Shown here piece by piece: positions 11,278 through 20,000 of a DNA stretch of 20,000 bases (the stretch's first letter is position 1; the number at the start of each line of letters is the position of its first letter). Source of the stretch: Elsinoe ampelina. Taxonomy: Eukaryota. Under the pieces are notes generated by a model. The model was given only the letters and a program-made list of their open reading frames with translations. It was not told the DNA's origin and searched no databases. The DNA is taken from contig ML992528.1 in the NCBI GenBank assembly GCA_010093995.1, positions 54,464 to 74,463 of the forward strand. The letters are read 5' to 3'. The position numbers were made by a program, and so were the translations under genes.

Positions 11278-12175
11278 TGTAAAGATGGAAAGAGACAGCT
11301 TGTCGTGGTCGGAAAGGGGGTGGCGGTGGCAAAAGTTGCTTGTACATATTCCACCTTGAGGTACATCTAAACCGAGATGTTAGCCTTGTCAATACATTAT
11401 TCGGACAGAGATGTCATGCAAAGCGTGAGATTTGTAGGCCTTCGCCGCTGTGAGATGGACAAGCGAATCGCCCAACGTTCGTGGTCGGGACTTTGAGGCA
11501 AGATGAATCGAGTGAATTTTGGTAAGCGGAAGCCTGCGTTCATGGAATGCTGCTACAGTCACAGTCGGTATACAACTATCAAACCATACCAGCAGACCTT
11601 ACCGATGGAGTCACCGTGCATGATTATCTCTCATGAGCTATCATCTACTGGCCATCCCCCGCTTGCGATTCCTCGGACGGCTTCACCGCAGCATGCTGGT
11701 ATTACTGGCCCTTCCGCCACCCGAACGATATCCATATCAGGAACATTGATTGCGATGCTGACCACGATACGGGGGGTCAAGAACCTCATGGAGTGCTACG
11801 AGGGATCTTTATCCTCATTCTCACTCTCCAACAACGATGGCAAGGATAAAAGGAATCAGACGCGGAGGACATGGGTGATCGTGTATACCACTATACTGGT
11901 ACAGCAGGAGAGACTGCGTTTGCATCGAGGAAGGGTAGACAAGTGGTGGAGTGCTCCAGCAAGGTCGAAAGTATAGCATTTCCTTTGCGGCTAGAGCCAC
12001 AAGGAAAGCAGCACGGCGAGAAATAAAGAGAGAGGATTGAGTCTATCTATGCAAGTATGCCGAAATCCACCTGAAGCCGAAAGGTCTTCCAGTACCCTGT
12101 ATCTGCCCAATCTGCCCTTGAACTTTTGGTATATCAGTCTGAGCATTGACAAATGAAAACTCCCTCGACCCCCGC

Positions 12176-12361
12176 TCGCCAACGCCATGCAGCATCTCTA
12201 TATCGCCAGCGCCATGCAATGTGTCCTTTCCATCAACGCCATGCAAGCCCATCATCCAAACATCGCTATGCCAGTCTTATCCGTCTCCGCTGTGTAACCA
12301 GTCTTGTCTGCTAACCCCATGCAACCAGTCTCGTTCGCCAATGCCATGCAATTTGTCTCCA
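12176..12361. repeat. Degenerate 27-bp tandem repeat (minisatellite), 7 units, one of them 24 bp
   Basis: Units start at 12176, 12203, 12230, 12257, 12281, 12308 and 12335. Core approximately TCGCCAACGCCATGCAA, e.g. tcgccaacgccatgcagcatctctata / tcgccagcgccatgcaatgtgtccttt / tcgccaatgccatgcaatttgtctcca. Confidence 0.85.
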
Positions 12362-12495
12362 CCAGCACTACTACCCAGTGCGCGAGCGAATGTCCAATGT
12401 GAATGCCTAAAAGTCCTTCCATGCTCGTCCAGATCCGAATACTACAGAGGTGTCACCGAATTACAATCAACCAGCACCATGCTCCTCTACCTTCT

Positions 12496-12525
12496 CCCTT
12501 GCCCCCCGCCCCCACTCCCCTCCCC
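12496..12525 (-). other. G-quadruplex-forming motif
   Basis: The minus strand reads GGGG-A-GGGG-AGT-GGGGG-C-GGGGGG-CAA-GGG: five G-runs with 1-3 nt loops. Confidence 0.7.
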
Positions 12526-12539
12526 TACCTCCATTACGC

Positions 12540-15500
12540 TCAGTCGACGCGGACCCACCCCTCTTCTGTCAGAGGATGATAGCCTCCTTCAGCGATCACC
12601 TCCCACCTCTCCTCTCTATCAGCAGGAGCGCGCCACTTGAAACCGTGTCGACCAGGTCGCAGCTGCTTCGGATCCGAATCATCCACGAATTCTGGCAGGT
12701 AGCCAAAACTGGTGATGGGATCATAGCCGCCAATCATACCTTGGATCGCAAGCTCCGGTGCAGTGAAGACATGACCCCAGGTGAAGCCGGTGCGGTTTCC
12801 AGGAGACACGGGTCGCTTCTCGGGGGCCGGAGGGGGCCATCTGAAGGTACCATCGCTAACGGCACCCCACTGCTGACCAGCAGGACGTCCAGGAATGGGT
12901 CTGTTGTGGACTTCGAGATGAGCGCCGTATGAAGGCATATTAAAATGTTCGCGGCCCATCGGTCCAAAGCCAGGCACTTCGTCAGGTATCTCGGTCGCTG
13001 TCAGACCAGTTGATGTTTCGGGATCCCATCTGCCGCGCGTAATCATTGCGCGCCTCTCCTCAAAGTCACCGGGTTGGCGGAATGGAGGCTCCGGTGCGCC
13101 CAAGCCTTTGTCATGGTTGTCTTTGTACGGACCTTTCGGTAACACAGCACGCTGTCTGCCGAACCAACTCGTCTTCTTCTTCGTCCTTGATGACTCCTCG
13201 TCATAGTCACCAAAGTCTGGCAGATCGCTCATTCCGCCTGCGAAACTACCTCCCGGATCGCTGGACTGATTGCCGGGGCTGGATCTGAAGGGCTTGCCAG
13301 CGTCGGAGGCTGGCAGGCCAGTAGCACCAGAGGTCGCTTGATCATCAGCGCCAGGCGCCGACAACCTACCAGCACCAGAGCCCGAGCCACGAGTACCACG
13401 GTCAGAGGGACCACCGCGTCTACCAGTCGAAGCTTCCGCTTCATCATCGTCTTCGCCTGTGGTAGTCGTGCCCGCCATCTCGACATCGATATCGACACCT
13501 CTGGCCGCATCAGCCGCTGCCTGCTTCGCAGCGTTGAACTTCGCAGCAAGCCATGGGCTCATCCCTTCGGTCGGCGACCTGGTCGGGATGGCGGGGTCGT
13601 TGAAGAAGCCCGCTGGAGGAGGTTCGTTGAAATGTTGCCAGTAGAGAAGATGATGGTCCCTGCGCGCATCCCAGGCGTTCGCACCCTCAGTATCTGTCGG
13701 CCTCGGTCCAGCAGGCCGGAAGCGCAGCCAGTTAATTTGGTCCGTGGTCTTCTCATAGCCGGTGCGAGGGTCAGTATCGTCATCACCTGCTGTAAGAATG
13801 TCCAGGTAGCCAGTCGAAACGAAGAATTCATAGGTATTATCGTCGATAGGCAAGTCCGAGATTCGCTTCTTGGCTGCGGTGACATGAGGATCTTCCGTGA
13901 CGTCTTCCGAACCACCAGCTGGCTTTGTCGCTGTAGGTGAGTCCATGTTGACATTGATGTTGTCCTGCATGAGTTCATCGTCGTCAAATGTGGTGGTTTG
14001 TCCATTTCCAGTAGGGACATCACTACCCGCTTCATCCGTAATCGCAGCAGCTCCAGCTCCTCTGGTCCTTTTAGTCGGCGGCTCATTTTCTTCTGGCTCT
14101 TCACGCGAGCCTCTCGCCTTCATCAGCCTGTCCAGCTCCGCAAGCGTTTCACTTATAGTTTTCGAGCCGGGTCGCTCCTGACCTCCAGTCCTCCGATCGC
14201 TTCGCGTGGATGGCGCGGTAGGGGCGAGCTTCGGCTTCCGAGCAGCCTTCGACTCAGGTACTCCAGCTTCTTTCTCATCGTCGGCGTCGACATTGTTCTG
14301 ATCCCCGTTGTCGTCGTTCGCAGATCTCTTCCTCTTTCTTCCAGGCTGAACCTTGCGTTCATCATCAACCTCGTCGACATCATCGGCCTCGGTTTCTTCG
14401 TCATCGTCGTCGTCGAACTCCACCATACCGCCATGAACATAACCGTCATGCTCCTCAACCCATTCGGCGGCATGAACTGCTGGATCGAGTCTAGGAATCG
14501 GCCTGTTCGGATCGTAGTCTTCCTGCCTGATCTGGATTCGTGGAAACTCAGCAGCGATACGGCCAATGGCATTGTCATCGAAGTCGTGAGCGCCAAAGTT
14601 ATCGAATGCAGTTTCAAATCTCATGTTGGCATTGACAGTATCCAATTGATCCAGAGAAGAAGCCCCGTCGGGAAAGTAGCCGCGCATCTGTCGTCCATGA
14701 AAGCGATGTCCAAGCACGAGGCGTCGTAGGTGGCGTACCCACAAGACCCAGCTGAGACCTGTGAAGCCACGGTCGTTGTTGATGTAGCACCATAGGCAGG
14801 ACAGGAAGACAGTCTCAATCGTATCTACGAGGATCCAGCGCCCGTTGCAGAAGAGCCACATGCGTATCAACCTCTCTCCAAAGAAGCACCAAGCATTCCA
14901 GTAATTCCAGTCTTCAGGCTTGGCATCTGGCGGACCTGGGAAGGGACACCCGTCGGCACCGAGAGCGACTTCACAGCCACCAGAGCGCTGTCCGGTATTC
15001 AGGATTTCGTCGACGAGTGGCTTGAGTCTTTCCTGAAACTCAAGCGGCTTCCAGCCGATGCGTGGAGGGTTCCGCTTGTTCGACATGTATTGGTGCTTCT
15101 TTGCGGTTATCTTCTCTTGGTGGCTTTGATTATCCGGAAAGTGCTTGCCAGAGCGCATCTCGTACTCCATCATCTCGAACTTCGCCGCGGTAAGGTCCGT
15201 CCCAAATCGACCGGCCTTGTTGTGAGCCTTCTTCAACGACACTTCGTGGATTTCTTCTTCAACGTCGAGGAGGTGAGAATACTCTTCGGGAGACGCGGCG
15301 CTCTTGAGTTTGACGGCGATTGCAAGCCAGCTAGGGTCCCATGTCGACTTGGCGAGGTTGATCCATAATGCGGTAGGTACGACATTGTGCTCCACGTGGT
15401 ATCCAAATGTGCCATCAGACCTTCGGGCAACTCCAAAGAGGGCGTCTGGGCTGGCTTGTTCTTCGCGACCGACTCCCTTCAGATATCGCCTTTTCCCGGG

Positions 15501-17234
15501 GAGAAAATAGTCGGTGGCATAAGGCGGGTCCTCCGCTAGACCTTCCGCTCCCGGCATAGTGCGCATGGCATCGTCGAGGTCGCTATCGGCGACTGGGATG
15601 CCTCGGGTTACATCCTCTCTGATCAAAATGTCCAATCGGCGACGTATGGATCTTACAGTGAAACTGCAGTCAGGGCAGGTCATTCCGAGACTGACCTCTG
15701 TACAAGGGACATGGGAGCCACAGGATGTACAAGTGTGCCCTGTCCCTGGGGGCGGATCCGTTCCATGCGAACAGACAGGCTTAGGCACTTCTCCTTGCGC
15801 GATTGACTGGTTTGTCACGTCGGCAGCAGCAGCAATGCGCGCCATAGTATCTCGCAAGCCGATGCCGGACAAGAAACATTGGTCGGCGACGTCGAGGATG
15901 TAGGCGAGATGCGCCCAGAATCTGGAATAGACGTACAGGCATGGCCCATCCCCTTTGATACCAAGGTCTTTGAGGATCGGCTTGCTAAACTTGATCATTG
16001 TGATGTTTCCTGGTCGCTTGCAGAAACGCAGAATGGCATAGCCGCGATAGAGTCCAGTAAGACGGCGGAACTTGCTCCTTCTTCCGATCGTCGCTTGTGT
16101 AATCGTCTCGACACATGCACCGAAAGCGCCTGCATTTTCAAAGATGCGCCCACGGAGTTGTGCGGACAGGTAATAACAGAAGTCGATCGCTCGTTGATGG
16201 CGATCCCTCTCTTGGCCCGAGTATTTCGAATCCGGTACAATTCGAGACGTGCTGATCGCTGGCAACAATGTGGTTGACGGTCCATCCATGTCGGTTTTGG
16301 TAGCATAAGTGGTTGAAGCTGGAAGGGTTGGGATTTGTTTGGCCATGTCAATGTATTTCGGGCTGACGTTAATTTTTTTGACCTTCCAACCCTCGTCGTC
16401 CATCATGTAGACCCCAAAGTACGCCCCGTATGCGCCCGCAGTCTTTCCAGTGCCAGGCACAGGATGTGGTAGAGGGTCAAAAGTATGGTACCCATGGTGT
16501 TTCTTCGCCAGGTCCATGATCTCCTGGCGAAGCTTTGATGCAGTCCTGCCCCACGGATCCCCTGGGTAACGTTCGAGGAGTTCCTTGACTGTCTTCACAA
16601 TGGGAATCATGTTGTCTGTGCTGATTGTCTTCTCGTTGAAGGCAACTGAGCCGAGGTCATTTCTTTTCACGTCGTTATACCGAGTACCGTGGGCGAGATC
16701 TGCGAAATGAATGTTGGGCCTCGACTTTGGATTGTGAAGAGCGGTGGCGAGTTTCCGGATGGTTGGGTACTGTAAAAGAACGTCCATTGTAGTGTACGAG
16801 ACAGTGGAAGGAGCAGATGCCGCCTTGTCGAATTTGTAAGTATCCAAGGCCGTCATGAAACGCTTCAGCTGCCTGGTCTCGCGGTCGTTTTCAACCTCCG
16901 ATGGCAGCATGCTCATCAATTCACGATCACGCTGGGCAAGGCCTTTGAGTCCGCTATCGATGGCAGCTTTGTTGGTGTATCCACGCATTCCTGTGTCGCG
17001 TTTCAAACTTTTCATTTGGGACTCCAACTTAGACTTTGGATTGGATCGACGATTGATGGTCTCCCTCTTCGGTCTCTGCCTCTTTGCAGGTCCAGTATCG
17101 GCATCATCTTTCGCGTCATATTCCGAGGCATGCTCATCACTCTGCTCATCGTAGTCGTCGGTGTCGATGGTGACGATTGGCTCCTTTGCAGCAGAGTCGC
17201 CAGGAAATTTCTTGACTTTGGACCTTGTAAACAT
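12540..17234 (-). CDS. Large uncharacterised protein (~1564 aa) with a Cys/His zinc-finger cluster and two HNH/His-Me-like motifs
   Basis: 4.7-kb stop-free ORF; first ATG at 17234 (MFTRSKVKK). Protein-like alternation of globular and low-complexity regions. CSH..HTCTSC..PC..CPDC cluster; motifs SPDA-x11-YHVEHNVVPTALWINLAK and LGHRFHG...NMRFETAFDNFGAHDF; acidic tract followed by RKRKR. Coding status is confident, the functional call is tentative. Confidence 0.8.
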   Translation of the reverse strand: MFTRSKVKKFPGDSAAKEPIVTIDTDDYDEQSDEHASEYDAKDDADTGPAKRQRPKRETINRRSNPKSKLESQMKSLKRDTGMRGYTNKAAIDSGLKGLAQRDRELMSMLPSEVENDRETRQLKRFMTALDTYKFDKAASAPSTVSYTTMDVLLQYPTIRKLATALHNPKSRPNIHFADLAHGTRYNDVKRNDLGSVAFNEKTISTDNMIPIVKTVKELLERYPGDPWGRTASKLRQEIMDLAKKHHGYHTFDPLPHPVPGTGKTAGAYGAYFGVYMMDDEGWKVKKINVSPKYIDMAKQIPTLPASTTYATKTDMDGPSTTLLPAISTSRIVPDSKYSGQERDRHQRAIDFCYYLSAQLRGRIFENAGAFGACVETITQATIGRRSKFRRLTGLYRGYAILRFCKRPGNITMIKFSKPILKDLGIKGDGPCLYVYSRFWAHLAYILDVADQCFLSGIGLRDTMARIAAAADVTNQSIAQGEVPKPVCSHGTDPPPGTGHTCTSCGSHVPCTEVSLGMTCPDCSFTVRSIRRRLDILIREDVTRGIPVADSDLDDAMRTMPGAEGLAEDPPYATDYFLPGKRRYLKGVGREEQASPDALFGVARRSDGTFGYHVEHNVVPTALWINLAKSTWDPSWLAIAVKLKSAASPEEYSHLLDVEEEIHEVSLKKAHNKAGRFGTDLTAAKFEMMEYEMRSGKHFPDNQSHQEKITAKKHQYMSNKRNPPRIGWKPLEFQERLKPLVDEILNTGQRSGGCEVALGADGCPFPGPPDAKPEDWNYWNAWCFFGERLIRMWLFCNGRWILVDTIETVFLSCLWCYINNDRGFTGLSWVLWVRHLRRLVLGHRFHGRQMRGYFPDGASSLDQLDTVNANMRFETAFDNFGAHDFDDNAIGRIAAEFPRIQIRQEDYDPNRPIPRLDPAVHAAEWVEEHDGYVHGGMVEFDDDDDEETEADDVDEVDDERKVQPGRKRKRSANDDNGDQNNVDADDEKEAGVPESKAARKPKLAPTAPSTRSDRRTGGQERPGSKTISETLAELDRLMKARGSREEPEENEPPTKRTRGAGAAAITDEAGSDVPTGNGQTTTFDDDELMQDNINVNMDSPTATKPAGGSEDVTEDPHVTAAKKRISDLPIDDNTYEFFVSTGYLDILTAGDDDTDPRTGYEKTTDQINWLRFRPAGPRPTDTEGANAWDARRDHHLLYWQHFNEPPPAGFFNDPAIPTRSPTEGMSPWLAAKFNAAKQAAADAARGVDIDVEMAGTTTTGEDDDEAEASTGRRGGPSDRGTRGSGSGAGRLSAPGADDQATSGATGLPASDAGKPFRSSPGNQSSDPGGSFAGGMSDLPDFGDYDEESSRTKKKTSWFGRQRAVLPKGPYKDNHDKGLGAPEPPFRQPGDFEERRAMITRGRWDPETSTGLTATEIPDEVPGFGPMGREHFNMPSYGAHLEVHNRPIPGRPAGQQWGAVSDGTFRWPPPAPEKRPVSPGNRTGFTWGHVFTAPELAIQGMIGGYDPITSFGYLPEFVDDSDPKQLRPGRHGFKWRAPADREERWEVIAEGGYHPLTEEGWVRVD

Positions 17235-17242
17235 GACTACCA

Positions 17243-17288
17243 CTATCAGCACAGGTCAGCTTCAAAGCGAAGGTTGGTGAATACGTAC
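17243..17288 (-). other. Probable intron just upstream of the large ORF's ATG (5' UTR intron or link to an unresolved upstream exon)
   Basis: The minus strand reads GTACGT...GCTGAC-CTGTGCTGA-TAG, 46 nt, the same size class as the other introns here. It ends 8 nt before the ATG at 17234. Confidence 0.6.
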
Positions 17289-17880
17289 CAGCGGTTGTGG
17301 TAGGAAGTAGTGTTGCAATACTACCAGGGCATGGAGGTGCTTGAGAGCTTGTGCAGCTTGGCAGGAAGACTGAGCAGGTGTAGTCGTGATGGGCTCAGCC
17401 GGAGCGCCAGCAGGAGAGTTCGTCGGAGGAGCTGGTCGCTATTCTCGAGCTAGGTGGTACGGTCTGGCGATAGAAACTACCAAGGTGATGCGTTGGGGAC
17501 AGTCTATATGTAATAGAACGCGGCCGCGCTGTGCGAACGATTCGCAGCTGTGGCAGCTTTTCGCCGATCTGGTAGGTCAATCTGACTGACCAGGTAAGAT
17601 TGCAATGCAAGTTTCAGCCTGTAGAGCAACGATTTGGGATCGGTAAGCTTGCCATCAGAAGCGTAGAAGTGATGGAATGGTAACAGAGTGTGAACAAGGA
17701 GGTATTAACTGAGTGAAAAGGGAGATGCACGATTTTGTACCTCTGTGAGTTGCCTCGTTTGTAGAAGCTCGGGCCAAGACCGCATTGCCGCTCCTCTGGA
17801 CAGACTGAAAATTAACCACCTTTTTTACCTAGCACCCAATACAAAGCGACATCTCACAAAGATCATCTCACACTCCGAAC

Positions 17881-18638
17881 ATGGCCGATCCAAACATCAA
17901 CGCTCATATGATGTATGATGAACAGGACAACAGCATTCACGACCTTTTCGAGCAAGACGATTGGGATGGACTTGCTGACCTGCTTTTCGCTGCCCTCAGC
18001 GATCCATTCCTTCCAAGGTTTTTCCGAGCCAAGTACCACATTCTTTCGGCCTGGTGTTCAAAGGAACCACGGGTGCACCTCGACCTTGCGAAGACTCGCA
18101 TTGAGAACATTGTTGAGGTGCTCAAGGCGGATGGGCAGCCTGATGAGGAGATCGACCGCCGTCTCAGTGTCTTGCGCAGCATGGTTGAGACTGCAGAAGG
18201 CGCGATCGAGGAGGTAGATGTGGATGAACAGTACGCCCCCTCTTGGTTTGATATTCGTTGACTAATGTGCTTAGTGGGAATCCTATTTTCGGGACCGACG
18301 ACAACCCTGAGGACAGTCTGCGCACTAGATCGACAAGCCCAGCAGGACTCATATCAGCCGACATCTCTGCTCCAGCAACCGAGAAAGGAAAGATTCCAGC
18401 CGGGCTTGATGAGGGAGAGCCACTAGAAGAAAACAAAACGGAGGAAAAGGCAGAGGAAGAGGACCCACAGGACAAGGAACCAGAGGAAAAGGGACCAGAG
18501 GATGAGGGCTATCCTGGTTCGGGGTCAAATCGTCGTCGCATCATGCCAGCAAGATCTGCTAAGGGTGGAAGGATAGATTCCGGGTTTCAGAGCTCTGCAG
18601 GCAGCCCATCCCGCCGTCGTCGTGGCTCTGGAAGGTAG
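17881..18638 (+). CDS. Hypothetical protein, 2 exons (17881-18230, 18275-18638), 237 aa; helical N-terminal domain plus acidic/disordered tail
   Basis: A 44-nt intron 18231-18274 (GTACGC..ACTAAT..TAG) joins two ORF-track ORFs in frame (..VDVDEH-GNPIF..). The ATG context is good (GAAC ATG G) and follows a C/A-rich leader. Confidence 0.8.
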
Positions 18639-19968
18639 ATTCGGAATGCCGGAAAGCAGAGCAAAGAAAAGATGGCGAGCTGGTAGACAAGCCTTAAATG
18701 GAAATTATGTATCTTGCAGAGCCGTCGTTGAAATCACCAGGGTTTGAAGAGAGTTGTTACGGCACCACGCAAAGATACGTGTCACCAGTCGATTCGAGGA
18801 ACCTCGAAGAGGTTTGATTCATGACTAGGTTCTGACAAATTTTAATGCCAATGTAACCAAGTTATATCCAGCTCTTATCGTGTTGTTGATGGATGAAAAA
18901 GTAGTGAGCAAATTTGGACTCGGGTTTGATGTTGAATCCGAGGCCTGCGCTTGGGGCAGGATCTGCCACGCCGGATGACGACCCCACTGGCACGTACTCT
19001 ACTACGGTGCAAGAGGGAGAGTATTCACTGACTTCGAACTACCCGTGAGTGAATTTTTGGTCTGAGATACTACCAGAGCCATGCACGGTAGCACGAACAT
19101 AGCCTTCGTCATTGCTATATCGGTGTGCTACATTAAGTAAATTTGTCGTGAGCGTCGACTAAGTTTATGTAGCGTGAACGACCAAAGCACACCCGTTAGA
19201 TCTCTTCAACATCCCCGATACCATGTTCGAGACACCCGGTAATGTGGCTGATGTGGCTACGATTACGTTTGTTCCATTTACGCTCTATATGACGACGGAA
19301 GAGGACGGGAGATAAAGCGACCTCACATATGAATATGACACAGCCCTGTCTGCCTTGAAGACTCGGTTACTTTTGTTCACGAAATCTGGATGATATCAGT
19401 GATCAGTCTCCTGCTTGGGAGTTGTATCAGCTACTAGTGGGTCTGACCTCTGAACTGGCTCGCATTTCCTCATCGCAAATAGATATGAACGGATGATCTA
19501 ACCTACAGCACGATGGCGTCGTGCAGACAGGACGCTTCGTCCACGATCATTGGGGTCTGCCAACTTGACGATGCAAAGGCGAAACATGCTCTCAGCATAG
19601 GCACCCACCTAGTCCAGCACAGGAAACTCGAGCTCTGCAGACCGTGCAAAGTGTGGCTGCTGCAGGGTGCCTTTGAAAACATCAGCAGCATTACTCTGCT
19701 GCTGCAGCCATTGACGCATTCCGGTCCGAGCGGAGGTGCGACGTTTCCTGGTGCGTATCTATGATGGAAGGGGTTGTGATCCCTCTGGCGACTGGTCTTG
19801 CCCTGCAGGGACATCTACCTTCTGACCCACCAGCGTTATTATGTCATTCAGCTCGCCAAGTTCTAATTCCCCTTCTGACTGATTATCATATTTGGCGTCT
19901 TGGTAGTCACCATCGTTGACACTCCCAAGCAGTCCTAGAATACCGGTGTCTTGGGATTCATCATCTCC

Positions 19969-20000
19969 TCTTCTTCTTCTTCTTCTTCTTCTTCTTCTTC
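19969..20000. repeat. (CTT)n/(GAA)n microsatellite, at least 10 copies, truncated by the window end
   Basis: Perfect TCT/CTT run from 19969 to 20000. Confidence 0.95.

Noticed and set aside
11503..11976. 157-aa ORF between the aminopeptidase and the minisatellite
   Set aside because: Composition is not protein-like and I found no clear splice model or motif; it cannot be supported without RNA data.
12176..12361. Repeat array as CRISPR-like
   Set aside because: Eukaryotic context, units are contiguous and degenerate with no unique spacers of 25-40 nt, and there are no cas genes.
13338..14729. Long plus-strand ORFs (200 and 243 aa) opposite the giant gene
   Set aside because: Antisense shadows of low-complexity acidic coding sequence.
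16440..16469. GTGKT in the giant protein as a Walker A P-loop
   Set aside because: The context PHPVPGTGKT lacks the first Gly of GxxxxGK[ST] and a preceding hydrophobic strand, and no convincing Walker B follows.
18700..19760. Possible decayed gene (short coding-looking stretches, splice-like GTGAGT and GTAAAT..CTAAG..TAG)
   Set aside because: I could not assemble a consistent reading frame. All frames carry multiple stops and show no recognisable homology by eye.

Overview
Gene-dense genomic DNA from a filamentous ascomycete (Pezizomycotina-type), with short 44-81 nt GT..CTRAY..YAG introns. The left 11.3 kb holds conserved genes: the 3' end of a cytochrome P450, the SNF1/AMPK beta subunit (Gal83/Sip2), a small membrane protein, KIN17/Rts2, a three-exon RPL39 that the ORF track misses, the N-terminal amidase Nta1, the atypical kinase Coq8/Abc1 and a secreted M28 leucine aminopeptidase. 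After about 11.3 kb the character changes to orphan-type sequence. It contains a degenerate 27-bp minisatellite, a strong G-quadruplex motif, an uninterrupted ~1564-aa minus-strand gene, a divergent 237-aa hypothetical gene and a terminal (CTT)n microsatellite. The large protein is the best candidate for something undescribed. By eye it has a Cys/His zinc-finger cluster followed by two tandem HNH/His-Me (beta-beta-alpha-metal)-like modules, an acidic tract with an NLS, and a Pro/Gly/Trp-rich C-terminal domain. These assignments come from motif reading only; no database search was run.
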